From: Amoebidium appalachense
Lineage: Eukaryota > Protista > Ichthyosporea
Length of the DNA: 32,617 nucleotides
NCBI GenBank assembly: GCA_963693365.1
Contig: CAVNZM010000044.1
Span: forward strand, 1 to 32,617
Direction of reading: 5' to 3'
The notes below the pieces were generated by a model. That model searched no databases, had not been told where the DNA came from, and saw nothing but the letters and a program-made list of their open reading frames with translations. A program made the position numbers and the translations under genes. Below are positions 12,707 through 24,028 of the stretch, piece by piece; the stretch's first letter is position 1, and every line of letters starts with the position of its first letter.

Positions 12707-13205
12707 CGCGCACACACAGGCGCGCACACACACACAGGCGCACACCTACACAACACACACAGCACATGCACACACAAGTGCACGCACGCACACACACTGT
12801 TATCCCTGATCATGATGCCCCCTCCCCCCCCTCCCTCTTCCCCCCCCGCGCACCCCCCCCCCCCCCCCCCCCACCCCACCCACCCACCTACAAAGACGAA
12901 AACGTTTATCTGTGTTCCAGACCGTGTGCGCTCTACTCCTCTCCCCTCTCCCGCACACAATGAGCCCCCCCTCCCCCCCCCCCTCCCCCCCCCCCCCCCC
13001 TGTGCATGCAGGAACGCACACATATGCACACGTGCGCATACATCATATATATGGCGGTTGAGTCACAACCCATTTGCAAACCACACACGTGTGCACGCAT
13101 GGACGTCGCGCACACACACAACGGCACACACACATAAATGCTCGCGCGCTCACAGCACACATACACACACACTCACTCACAAACACGCACACACACACAC
13201 ACACA

Positions 13206-13242
<37 letters not shown>

Positions 13243-13335
13243 TCTCTCTTCTCTTTCTCTTTCTCTCTCTCTCTTTCTCTTTCCCTCTTTCTCTGATCTG
13301 TCTCTTTCTCTCTCCCTCTTCCTTCTCTCTCTCTC
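12431..13335. repeat. (CA)n, poly-C and (CT)n microsatellite block with a ~110-bp direct duplicate (12431, 12755)
   Basis: Direct reading of sequence. Confidence 0.92.
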
Positions 13336-13625
13336 TAGTAGTGGCAAGTGGAAAGAAAAAATAGGTGATACCCTACTTGGTTTTTTTCTTCTCAACTTTA
13401 TCTAAATCTCATCATGATAGGGTATTTTTGGTTTACGTATACACTTGGCTCAGCTTGCATGTACGGGAAACACAAGTTAAGCATGTTAAATAACGATACA
13501 TTGACATATTTCAACCTGTTGACTATCAGTATCCATCATGGGCTTAGTGATTACGACCCCGTCTCAACATTGACATCGTAAAAACCAATAAACTGTCTGA
13601 TCCAAATCACAATGGACCCAATATC

Positions 13626-13660
<35 letters not shown>

Positions 13661-13690
13661 TATGGAACTTTCATGGTGTTACACGGAACT

Positions 13691-13727
<37 letters not shown>

Positions 13728-14038
13728 ACTCATATACTCTTTGAACTCGCAAAGAACCAATCCCTAATACTTGTACATGTATTGCATACACAAATATACT
13801 CGCACATATACATACACACATTCACTTTAATCTTTCAGGCTACATGTGCAATATACATTTATTATGCACAGTCGATTAAGAATTCGTTGTGAAACCCCCC
13901 CCCCCCCCCCCCCCCCCCCTCCTCGTTCCCTCCATATGCAATGGGGATAATATTGTTTCCCGCTATTAATTAAAAAATCACCGTTCTAAATTCCTAAGAC
14001 CGAACCACTTGTAACACCGACAGTTTCGGTTGTGTTGA

Positions 14039-14072
<34 letters not shown>

Positions 14073-14689
14073 ACCCACCACCACCTTACCAATATACGTT
14101 ACGTATTGGTACAATATCACCAATACTAATTAAATGTCGTCACGTGTGATGGTGATGGCATCCATGTAGCTCTGCAGCAGTGTGTGTGTGCGGTGCGTGT
14201 GTGTGTGGTGTGGAGGCCTGGGGTGGGTGGGGGGGGGGGGGGGGGAGGGGGGGGGGGGGGGAGGGGGGGGGGGGGGGGGATAGACAAATACCAGACATGC
14301 ATAATTGCACATTCTTTTGCAGCTACAGTTTGATGATATTTACCCACCGTGTGCACCACTTGTGACCCCAGTCTTCCGAGGTGGTGTCATAGGTGGGCGT
14401 CAACACCAATAAATTGACTGGTGACGGGTGTACAACCAAAGAAACTCAGCAGCACATATAATAACGTTGATGCTATACCCTGCCTAGTTGACGTAATAAT
14501 TAGTGCACCATCGCACGCGTGACCCCCCCCCCCCCCCCCCCCCCCGGGGGGGTGTTTTTGCCGCGCCGTACCCCTGATATTGTAAGTGTACACTGCCCCC
14601 ACAACCCCAACTGTGTGCTGAATATCTCGTGCTAGGAAACCAATAACGCGAAAGTAACACATGCATATTAATGCTGCATGATATATGAT

Positions 14690-16335
14690 GTATATGGTAC
14701 AAGGGGGGTTTCAATCCGGGCTACAATGTTGTGTTTTTTTCGGGTGACCCTCGTACTCCAGAGGCACACTCACCATCCCCCCCATAAACTTTGTGGTAAA
14801 TTTCTCGTGCCAGAAGCTGTTCTGTGGGTAGTTATTGAAAAACCAATAATGTCTAGGTAACATATGTACATATACTATGCTACAAGGGGGGTTCTATACG
14901 AGCTACAACGTTGTGTTTTTTTTGTGTGACCCTCGTACTCCAGGGGCACATTCACCATCACCCCCATAAACTGTGTGGTAAATTTCTCGTGCTAGAAGCT
15001 GTTCTGTGGGTAGTTATTGAAAAAACCAATAATGTGTAAGCAACACATGTACATATACTATGCTACAAGGGGCGTTCTATTCGAGCTACAACGTTGTGTT
15101 TTTTTCGTGTGACCCTCGTACTCCAGGGGCACATTTACCTTCCCCCCCATAAACTTTGTGGTAAATTTCTCGTGCTAGAGGCTGTTCTGTTGGTAGTTAT
15201 TGAAAAAACCAAAAATGTCTAGGTAACACATGGACTTATACTATGCTACAAGGGGGGTTCTATACGAGCTACAACGTTGTGTTTTTTTCGTGTGACCCTC
15301 GTACTCCAGGGGCACATTCACCATCCCCCCCATAAACTTTGTGGTAAATATCTCGTGCTAGAAGCTGTTCTGTTGGTAGTTATTGAAAAAACCCAAAAAT
15401 GTCTAGGTAACACATGGACATATACTATGCTACAAGGGGGGTTCTATACGAGCTACAACGTTGTGTTTTTTTCGTGTGACCCTCGTACTCCAGGGGCACA
15501 TTCACCATCCCCCCCATAAACTTTGTGGTAAATATCTCGTGCTAGAAGCTGTTCTGTTGGTAGTTATTGAAAAAACCCAAAAATGTCTAGGTAACACATG
15601 GACATATACTATGCTACAAGGGGTATTCTATACTAGCTACAACGTTGTGTTTTTTTCGTGTGACCCTCGTACTCCAGGGGCACATTCACCATCCCCCCCA
15701 TAAACTGTGTGGTAAATCTCTCGTGCTAGAAGCTGTTCTACTGGGTAGTTATTGAAAAAACCAACTTGATGTGTAAGCAACACATGTACATATACTATGC
15801 TACAAGTGGGGTTCTATTCGAGCTACAACGTTGTGTTTTTTTCGTGTGACCCTCGTACTCCAGGGGCACATTTACCATCCCCCCCATAAACTTTGTGGTA
15901 AATTTCTCGTGCTAGAGGCTGTTCTGTTGGTAGTTATTGAAACTTTAAATAATGTCTAGGTAACATATGTACATATACTATGCTACAAGGGGGGTTCTAT
16001 ACGAGCTACAACGTTGTGTTTTTTTCGTGTGACCCTCGTAATGCAGGGGCACATTCACCATCCCCCCCCATAAACGTTTTGGTAAATTTCCCGTGCTAGA
16101 GGCTGTTCTGTGGGTAGTTATTGAAAAAATCAATAATGTCTAGGTAACACATGGACATATACTATGCTACAAGGGGGGTTCTATACGAGCTACAACGTTG
16201 TGTTTTTTTCGTGTGACCCTCGTACTCCAGGGGCACATTCACCATCCCCCCTTATAATTTGTGGTGAATTTCTCATGGTAGAAGCTACTCTGTGGGTAGT
16301 TATTGAAAAAACTCGATGCTTATAAGTAACGCATC
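14690..16335. repeat. Tandem array, 183-186-bp unit x 9
   Basis: TACAAG anchor at 14698, 14881, 15064, 15247, 15431, 15615, 15801, 15984, 16168. Confidence 0.96.
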
Positions 16336-16559
16336 ATGCGGCACAAATTGTCATCATAGCATTATACTACCATCATAGTTGGTCGACAATAACGATATAT
16401 TGGGAACGTGGACACCATATTGTAAACCAAAAAATAATACCACCATAATATACTACACATACCTAACAATGTATTGTGAATGAATAAAATACTTGCTTAC
16501 GTGCTGGTAAAATACGAGAAACAAGGATTCTCTCGCTCCTTTTTTTCTTCTTTTTTGTT

Positions 16560-16565
16560 TGTTTT

Positions 16566-16608
<43 letters not shown>

Positions 16609-16807
16609 ATGTATGTGTGTGTGTATGTGCTCGGTTGAGAGGGAAGGGGGGGGCGGATGCACCGTGTGTGTGCATGTGTGCACGTGTGTGTGTGTGTGTG
16701 CTCTGTGGAGACGGAATGGGAGGGGGAGGAAATGCACCGTGTGTGTGCATGTGTGTGTGTGTCTCTCTGTATGTGTGTGTGTGTGTGTTGTGTGTTTGTG
16801 TGTGTGT

Positions 16808-16863
<56 letters not shown>
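16560..16863. repeat. (TG)n microsatellite block
   Basis: Direct reading of sequence. Confidence 0.95.
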
Positions 16864-16866
<3 letters not shown>

Positions 16867-17006
16867 ATCAATGATAAGCCGGCCATGTGTTTATCATGGC
16901 GCACCGGTAAATGAATGTGGCGATTATGTGTAAATATATAAACGGAAATACATTATAAAAAAGGACTCACTCAACGAGATGAACGAGCGTTACAAAACGT
17001 ACGTGT

Positions 17007-17040
<34 letters not shown>

Positions 17041-18174
17041 CGCCCCCCCACCCAACCCCCCCTGTCTTCCCTCCTTCCCACTACGACCCCCCCCCCCCCC
17101 CTGCACGTGTCTAGGTGTATAGATCCTACAGGTAACGATGGCAGGGTTAGGGTTATTCAGTGAAAGAGTGACAATACATAACCAACTGCAGTGTACATAT
17201 GCGTGGATGCCCCAGTGATCGTGTTAATGGCCTCTATAATCATCATAGTGGTCATCATTAAAGCCCCATACGACCACCATAAGGATCGCTAGTTATACCC
17301 CCATACGATCATCATAGTGATATCATTCTATGCCTCATACGATCATCATAATGATCACATACCAATATCCATACGGTCATCATAATGATCACAAGAAGAT
17401 GATCTAACGGGCGCAACTGACATGTGAATTTGTTTTTGCACGCCTCATGCAAAACGGATGAGGCTCATCAGGTGGCCGCGTCTTAGGTATGTACAAATTC
17501 AAGTCTACTTTCCCTATGCACATTAACAATATAATAATAAATTTTTTAACACTAATTACCGTGACCTAGGCGAGGGTTGTCAATTAAGAATAGCACAGTG
17601 ACCAAGCAAAGCAAACTACATGCAAAAACCATATTTGCAACGCCTCCGTGTGGTGATACCAAATATGGAACAAAAACTCTATAAGTAACCAATCCGATGC
17701 GCCTGCTGTGCTCATATTCCATGCTGCTGTGATTGGCTTAATCATGAGCCGGGATGACGGAACGGTGGTGGAAGTAGGGTTTGAGGAGGTGAAACAATGG
17801 CAATTGTTGGGGACTAAAAATCAGTGGTTTTATGTGCAAGCCAAATGGGAAATTGTGCTGCCCCCCACGCGAATTTTGAAGCCGTATATAATCAGATCGT
17901 GCATGGCCACCTGTATAGGCATTTGGTATCCGTTTAAGGAATCGTTCGAGTGTGCGCCCATGGGCCGATCCTGGGCCATGACACACACTAATACGATTGC
18001 TTAGCTGGCTTCTCCTCAAATTTTTTTATGTGGGTAGCCTATTAGGTATGCATGTAAAGTAATTAATTTTCTCTCCCTTTATTCACTTTTTACAAAATGA
18101 TATTGGAACGGTATCTTATTTTGAGCCAAAAGATCTCATATTACTATCTGCGTGGATCGCGAACAAGTATCCCG

Positions 18175-19470
18175 ATAGGTATCAGAATGATATTGGGATG
18201 ATATAGTATGGGAAACATCTGGTGTTGCAGAAGAGGATATTGGAATGATATCGTACAATTATGTCACAACATCTCATAATGATATATTCATGGGACTAAA
18301 CAAATATCTGAGAAGTAAAACATAGGTATCGGAATGATATTGTTATGATATAGTATTGGATACATCTGGTTTTGCAGAAAAGGATACTGGAATGATATCG
18401 TACAATTATGTCACAACATCTCATAATGATATATTCGACGGACTAAACAAATATCTGAAAAGCAAAAAATACATATCGGAATGATATTGTTATGCTATAG
18501 TATTGGATACATCTGGTTTTGCAGAAAAGGATACTGGAATGATATCGTACAATTATGTCACAACATCTCATAATGATATAGTCGTGGGACTAAACTAATA
18601 TCTGAAAAGTAAAAAATACATATCGGAATGATATTGTTATGCTATAGTATTGGATACATCTGGTTTTGCAGAAAAGGATACTGGAATGATATCGTACAAT
18701 TATGTCACAACATCTCATAATGATATATTCGAGGGACTAAACAAATATCTGAAAAGCAAACAATACATATCGGAATGATATTGTTATGATATAGTATTGG
18801 ATACATCTGGTTTTGCAGAAAAGGATACTGGAATGATATCGTACAATTATGTCACAACATCTCATAATGATATAGTCGTGGGACTTAACTAATATCTGAA
18901 AAGTAAAAAATACATATCGGAATGATATTGTTATGCTATAGTATTGGATACATCTGGTTTTGCAGAAAAGGATACTGGAATGATATCGTACAATTATGTC
19001 ACAACATCTCATAATGATATAGTCGTGGGACTTAACTAATATCTGAAAAGCAAACAATACATATCGGAATGATATTGTTATGATATAGTATTGGATACAT
19101 CTGGTTTTGCAGAAAAGGATACTGGAATGATATCGTACAATTATGTCACAACATCTCATAATGATATAGTCGTGGGACTTAACTAATATCTGAAAAGTAA
19201 ACAATACATGATATCGGAATGATATTGTTATGCTATAGTATTGGATACATCTGGTTTTGCAGAAAAGGATACTGGAATGATATCGTACAATTATGTCACA
19301 ACATCTCATAATGATATAGTCGTGGGACTTAACTAATATCTGAAAAGTAAAAAATACATATCGGAATGATATTGTTATGCTATAGTATTGGATACATCTG
19401 GATTTGCAGAAAAGGATATTGGAATGATATCGTACTATTATGTCACAACATCTCAGAATGATAACGTTTT
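18175..19470. repeat. Tandem array, 147-bp unit x ~9, in the right subterminal arm
   Basis: TGGAATGATATCGTAC at 18241, 18388, 18535, 18682, 18829, 18976, 19123, 19273 (one +3 bp), 19420. Confidence 0.96.
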
Positions 19471-20032
19471 GGATACTGTCCTAATATCGGAAAGGGGTAT
19501 AAAAATAATCAAGATATCCGAAAGGGCCTATTTAGATATTGTGGAGGTATATGAGGATAGTATATCTCTGTGATATCCAAAAAAGTTCTTTCATATCCAT
19601 TTGGTATCCATTTTTCATCCGGAAAAAAACAGATATATTCAGTTTTTCAGAAAATTTTATGATAACTATCTAATATCATTTAGATAAATGTTGACTATCT
19701 CAAAAGATATGGAATTGGATGCCGGATGCCATAAGCCCATCTGCAATATCTACATCCCCATCCCGGAGGGGTATCGGGATGGAAAACGTTGGATGGGCGC
19801 CTAATATTAGAACGATATTAGACTAATATCTGTTTTGGAATTTCGGTATCTATGATATCATAAATGTTTTTTGGATGGGGGTCGTCCTTTGCTGATGATA
19901 GCTATAGTGCTAACAGCAAAAGTAGTGCCCACAGTCGCTGGTTCATGAACGTGAAAGGCAACGTGCATCAGCAGCCAGCAGACACACGCACACGCACGCA
20001 CACACACACACATACACACACACACACACACA

Positions 20033-20231
20033 TGTATGGATTGGACTTAGAGGAATTTCAGGTATTTATTCGAAGATCAGAATAAATTCAGTTTAGTCGT
20101 GTCTAAACATTGATGTCTGTTGTGTACACTGCTCCGATCGTTCCGTGTTTTGTAGTTGTGTGTGTCTGTGGTGTTTTCACACTGCACCACTGTGTCTCTG
20201 CTTACATCCCAAATACTTATAAAAGTTAACA
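20033..20231 (+). repeat. Putative copia 5' LTR (199 bp)
   Basis: TG...CA ends; starts where the CA tract stops and is followed directly by a PBS-like motif; partner LTR outside window. Confidence 0.7.
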
Positions 20232-20244
20232 GGTTATGCAGCCC
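20232..20244 (+). promoter_or_regulatory. PBS-like GGTTATGCAGCCC (copia/Ty5-type, internal tRNA-iMet priming)
   Basis: Resembles the GGTTATG(G/A)GCCC motif of copia-type elements, directly after the LTR CA. Confidence 0.6.
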
Positions 20245-20293
20245 TTTTGCACGCTCCCTACACACATCCAGAACTAGCGCTCGTTTTTCAATC

Positions 20294-21950
20294 ATGGATC
20301 CAAACAAAACTGGCGTAAACAAAATAACCATGTGGAAAGGTGAAGGGAAGACTGGTCCCGATAGCAAAACCACCTATTTTCAATGGGAAATCATTTTTCT
20401 CGGCATGATGACCGGCACTAAAGGTGTCCGACTCGTGGATGTTGTACTTGCTGACAACTACGTCCCCCCTACCACCGTCGCGGTTGACGGTGAACCCCCC
20501 TTCTACGGCTACGGCACTACCGCGGAACTCAAGGAGGCCCGCAATTGCCTCCTGCTCCATATGATACAGAATATCGACCCTTCCGTTCTCACCACCGTTG
20601 CCCAGTACCGTATTGGCATGGACCCTGAACGGGCCATGTGGAAATTCCGTCAACACTACCTCCAAGGCAAACCCGATCAGATCCGCATCCTTCACCGTCA
20701 GTGGGATGCCTGTGCCCTTCAGCCCGGTGAATCATTCACCACCTACCTGAGTCGTCTGCAGACCATCGTGAACCAGCTCCAGTCCCTCCAAGATGAGTCC
20801 ATTCACTTCACCCGTCTAGCTGAGAAGTTCTTCAATGAACTCACCACCAGAGACGACCTCACCCCTGAGTTCAACCGTCTTATCGAAGACTATCACTTCG
20901 GTGATAAGCTATTCCCCGACTTCGAGTCCCTTCACAACCACGTCAAGGGCATCGAGTTACGTCAAGACCTCAAGATGCAACTCCGGAGCAACCGTGCCCA
21001 CCGTGCCTCCAAGTCCAGCATGGCATTAAATGCCAGTGCTCCCCCCCGTGATCTTCCTCGCCGTGACTTACGCACCCGACTTGACCGTACCTCTGGCACG
21101 GACCTCCGAACTCGTCTCTCCCGTCAGCACACCCGATCCCGTTCCCCCCACCGGCCTGCCTTCCGGTCCACGTCTCGTTCCCCCAGTCGTTCCCGTTTCT
21201 CGGGTTCCCGTCGTTCTGATTCCCCGGCTCGTTCTAACACCCCGTCCGTGAAAGCATGCTCCTACTGCCACGAGCCTGATCACACGATCATCGATTGCCC
21301 TGAGCCGAAATGCCGTATGTCCAGACACAACCGTTCCCGTCAAGGCAGTGAGAAATCTGTCTCCTTTGCTTTCTCGGCATACAATGCTAGCTCCGTCCCC
21401 GTGTCCTCCGACTCTGCCTGGGATTCCGGGTGCAACATGACTGTCTGCCCCACCCGTGAGTTCTTCCATGACCTCACTCCCCTTCCGACACCGACTCCTG
21501 TTGCTGCCTTCAATGGCACCCCCGTCTTGGCCATACACACCGGCCATATCGTCATCAACACCACCACCGACCATGGCACTGCCACCCTTACCATTGAAGC
21601 CTACTACACCCCGTCTGGCCAAGCCTTCCTCATTTCAACATCCCAAGCTGCTGTCGAATACATCAAGGGTGATTTGAATGATGCCTCCACTCCGTCATTC
21701 CTCTTCGACCGACTCACCGGCCGTCATCTCGTCAACCTCCGTCTACACAACGGTCTGTATTACTTCAAGGACTACACCATTCAACCACCCACTCGTCCTG
21801 TGGCTCTGGCTGCCACTACCAGTGTTAACCCATCCATCTGGCACCATCGTCTGGGGCACCGTGCTATGACCAGCATCAAGGACATGGTGAAACACGACCT
21901 TGTTATTGGTCTCCCCTCGTCTGTCCTCGACTGTGATGTTCCTGATTGTC
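20294..21950 (+). CDS. gag-pol: Copia Gag-Pol, N-terminal part (gag, CCHC knuckle, protease, GAG-pre-integrase)
   Basis: MDPNKTG start; LQPGESFTTYLSRL; CSYCHEPDHTIIDC; WDSGCNMTV; WHHRLGH...VPDC. Confidence 0.92.
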
Positions 21951-22430
21951 TGTAAACAGTTGGACTAGTTGGGATAAGGCAGAGAACAACTGAATCAGAA
22001 TAAAGACAGAGAACGGGTAGAAAGGCACACGCGGCCAAGTTGCTTTTACTATGGGCCGACTCAGTCTGTCTCAGACTTCACTGATGTGATCCCCGTACTG
22101 GGACGGCTTTGTTATATAGCCCCCAGGTTTCGGATCAAGGCCCAGGATTGCTTCATCCGCGGCCAGCGCGGGTGGCAACATGCCATTCGTGATTCTGGTG
22201 CGGTCCAAGCCAGTCAGACCTTCGTCCTATTTATGCAAACATCTTATTGGTTCACTTCGTTTATGTGGTATGCAGCGGTAGAATCATACATGGTTCATTT
22301 CTTAGGTAAGATTGATTCCTATTGGTGTGGACATAATATTTATGTGATATTCATGACAAAGAACGAATTGTGTGCTAGTAGATCACATTCTTTAGTAAAC
22401 ATGTACAGTTCATGTGTACAGTTGTTTACA
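21951..22430 (-). repeat. 3' LTR (480 bp), with adjacent [13 protein letters not shown] at 22431-22440
   Basis: TGTAAACA...TGTTTACA; identical by eye to 30485-30964. Confidence 0.96.
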
Positions 22431-22819
22431 CTCCCCCCCTTGTCGGGAGCCTGGTGGTGTCGTTAGACAAGCAAACCACCAGGCTGAGAGGCGATAAACA
22501 ACCTTCAGCGAGAATTCTTGTGCGCCGAGCTGCTGGGCAGAACAGAGCAAGGACGGTTGAATAGAGTTGTGCACGTCTATGAGCACTTCTTCATTTGCCA
22601 AAACGTAAATTCATGCAGCATTCTTCTGTGATTTCATTTTCGTGGCGAAGATTGTTGCAGAGTGTGCGTGCGGATTGTTCGCTTCGTCTCTGTGCTTGGC
22701 CTTTTCTGTAGAAGTAATATTTTCCTTTTTGGGGAATTTTTCCTTTTTAGGACACTCCCGCAGATTCGTTTTCAATTGCGAGTAATTTAGTTGTGTGGAT
22801 GAATGATCATACCAAACAT

Positions 22820-23060
22820 TCGATAATGAATATAACTCAAGCCTTAGGTCACTTCGTAGCTCAGGTAGTGGTGGATAGCTTCAAGGCTTAGCCACTGCTC
22901 CTTATCCCGGTTCTACCTTAAGACTGTAAGGCGAGTCACCATGGCCGGAAAAGCCACTTCTTTCATGAACAAAGAGCACTTCTTTCCTTTCAGCTTTAAC
23001 CCTGCATCATCGGAGCTGGGAATAACATGAATAAGAATGCCCTAAGTGTTCTTCGTTGGG
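22820..23060 (-). pseudogene. Degenerate gypsy RT remnant
   Basis: Minus strand reads AGLKLKGKKCSLFMKEVAF/GH (~23005-22938), and further on a broken ELRS.LGL...YR. Confidence 0.7.
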
Positions 23061-23340
23061 CGACATAAAGAAATATATCAGCCCGTCAGAACCATTAAAA
23101 ACCCGGTTCATAATTCATAAGAAGAGGGTAGGCAGAGCAAGTCTTCTTCAGAAAACACATGCTTCCATTCGTGAGCAGTTTTCGTATCCCATTTGCCAGC
23201 CATTTCCGTTGAGCAGGGGGATTCCAGGCATAATACATTCTTCTGGAGGCTTGGCCTAAAAAGAAAAGTCGTCACAGTCGCCCTTTCTTTTGTAAGCAAC
23301 TTCGTGAGCGCGCTTCGTGTTTTCATATCCTCCAGTGGGG

Positions 23341-23430
23341 TCTATGAAAAACTACTCCGGGACGTGTGTTGCCTCTAGGGGGACATCCCCTTGGACGAAA
23401 GTGAACCTGCAATGGTTGTAAACCACGGCA
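23341..23430 (-). repeat. Split direct repeat B2 (90 bp)
   Basis: Matches 23911-24000 with one mismatch. Confidence 0.95.
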
Positions 23431-23559
23431 AGCCCCCAGTCATCAATTTATTGATCCGTGAGGTCCATGTGCCCAAAAAACGGGGGAAGGCTTCGCCCCG
23501 TGAAAAAACAGCACGTATGTGTGGATCAATGGGGGTTGTGTGTGGGTGTAGGTGGGTGG

Positions 23560-23910
23560 GTGAAAAGGAATATATAGCTGTAAGGCTGTGGATGCTAAAC
23601 ACAGAAGATGTGTTTGTAGCTTGCTGATCTGCTAAAAACTGTCGTGCTTATATACCTAAGCCTACCGATCTGAACCAATCAAAAATCGATCTAGTGATAT
23701 GTGAAATCTGATCCGAGCCAATCATAACTCGGTCTAGTGATCTGTGGTATCTGATGTTTTGACTGGCTAATAGGTGCCCGTGTGCGGGCAGCCAACCGCT
23801 AACTGCTAAAACACGAAATGAAGCCTACATGGTTATGTTGGTATCGAACACCCATCCTACGTGTTTACCCAGAAAAAATATTTATGTCAATAATTTCCAC
23901 AAATAAAACC
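23560..23910 (-). repeat. Split direct repeat A2 (351 bp)
   Basis: Identical by eye to 28458-28808. Confidence 0.95.
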
Positions 23911-24000
23911 TCTATGAAAAACTACTCCGGGACGTGTGTTGCCTCTAGGGGGACATCCTCTTGGACGAAAGTGAACCTGCAATGGTTGTAAACCACGGCA
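23911..24000 (-). repeat. Split direct repeat B1 (90 bp)
   Basis: Abuts A2, forming the circle-junction sequence AAAACC|TCTATG. Confidence 0.95.
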
Positions 24001-24028
24001 CGAGAGCAGTATGCTTGCTCCAAAGGTT

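Larger units (their letters stand above)
8616..19897. mobile_element. 11,282-bp TIR element with 2-bp AT TSD; CMC/EnSpm-like architecture, no recognisable transposase
   Basis: Left CATCAGCAAAGGCCACCCACCCATCCA vs right reverse complement CATCAGCAAAGGACGACCCCCATCCA (12 bp perfect); AT at 8614-8615 and 19898-19899; the flanks rejoin into a copy of the sequence seen uninterrupted at 11775-11909; ATGATAT/ATATCAT-dense arms at both ends. Confidence 0.85.

Noticed and set aside
12410-13405. 331-aa His/Thr/Pro-rich ORF and similar ORFs at 16450-16930
   Set aside because: Translations of (CA)n, (TG)n, (CT)n and poly-C tracts
17144-17155. AGGGTTAGGGTT telomere-like motif
   Set aside because: Only two units; compatible with chance
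14366-17220. CCCAG EnSpm-like termini around the 184-bp array
   Set aside because: Both are in the same orientation, so they are not a TIR pair
17400-18060. 98-aa ORF or possible nested element
   Set aside because: No domain, termini or TSD found by eye
18737-19309. 190-aa repetitive ORF
   Set aside because: By-product of a 147-bp (49-codon) unit; neighbouring units contain stops
14690-19470. CRISPR-like interpretation of the two tandem arrays
   Set aside because: Units repeat over their whole length with no unique spacers, and there are no cas genes
22086-22466. 126-aa ORF duplicated at 30620-30988
   Set aside because: Lies antisense within the LTRs; the duplication reflects LTR identity and no domain is recognised
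23431-23559. Hammerhead ribozyme in the Ngaro spacer
   Set aside because: No CTGANGA...GAAA core in the right context on either strand
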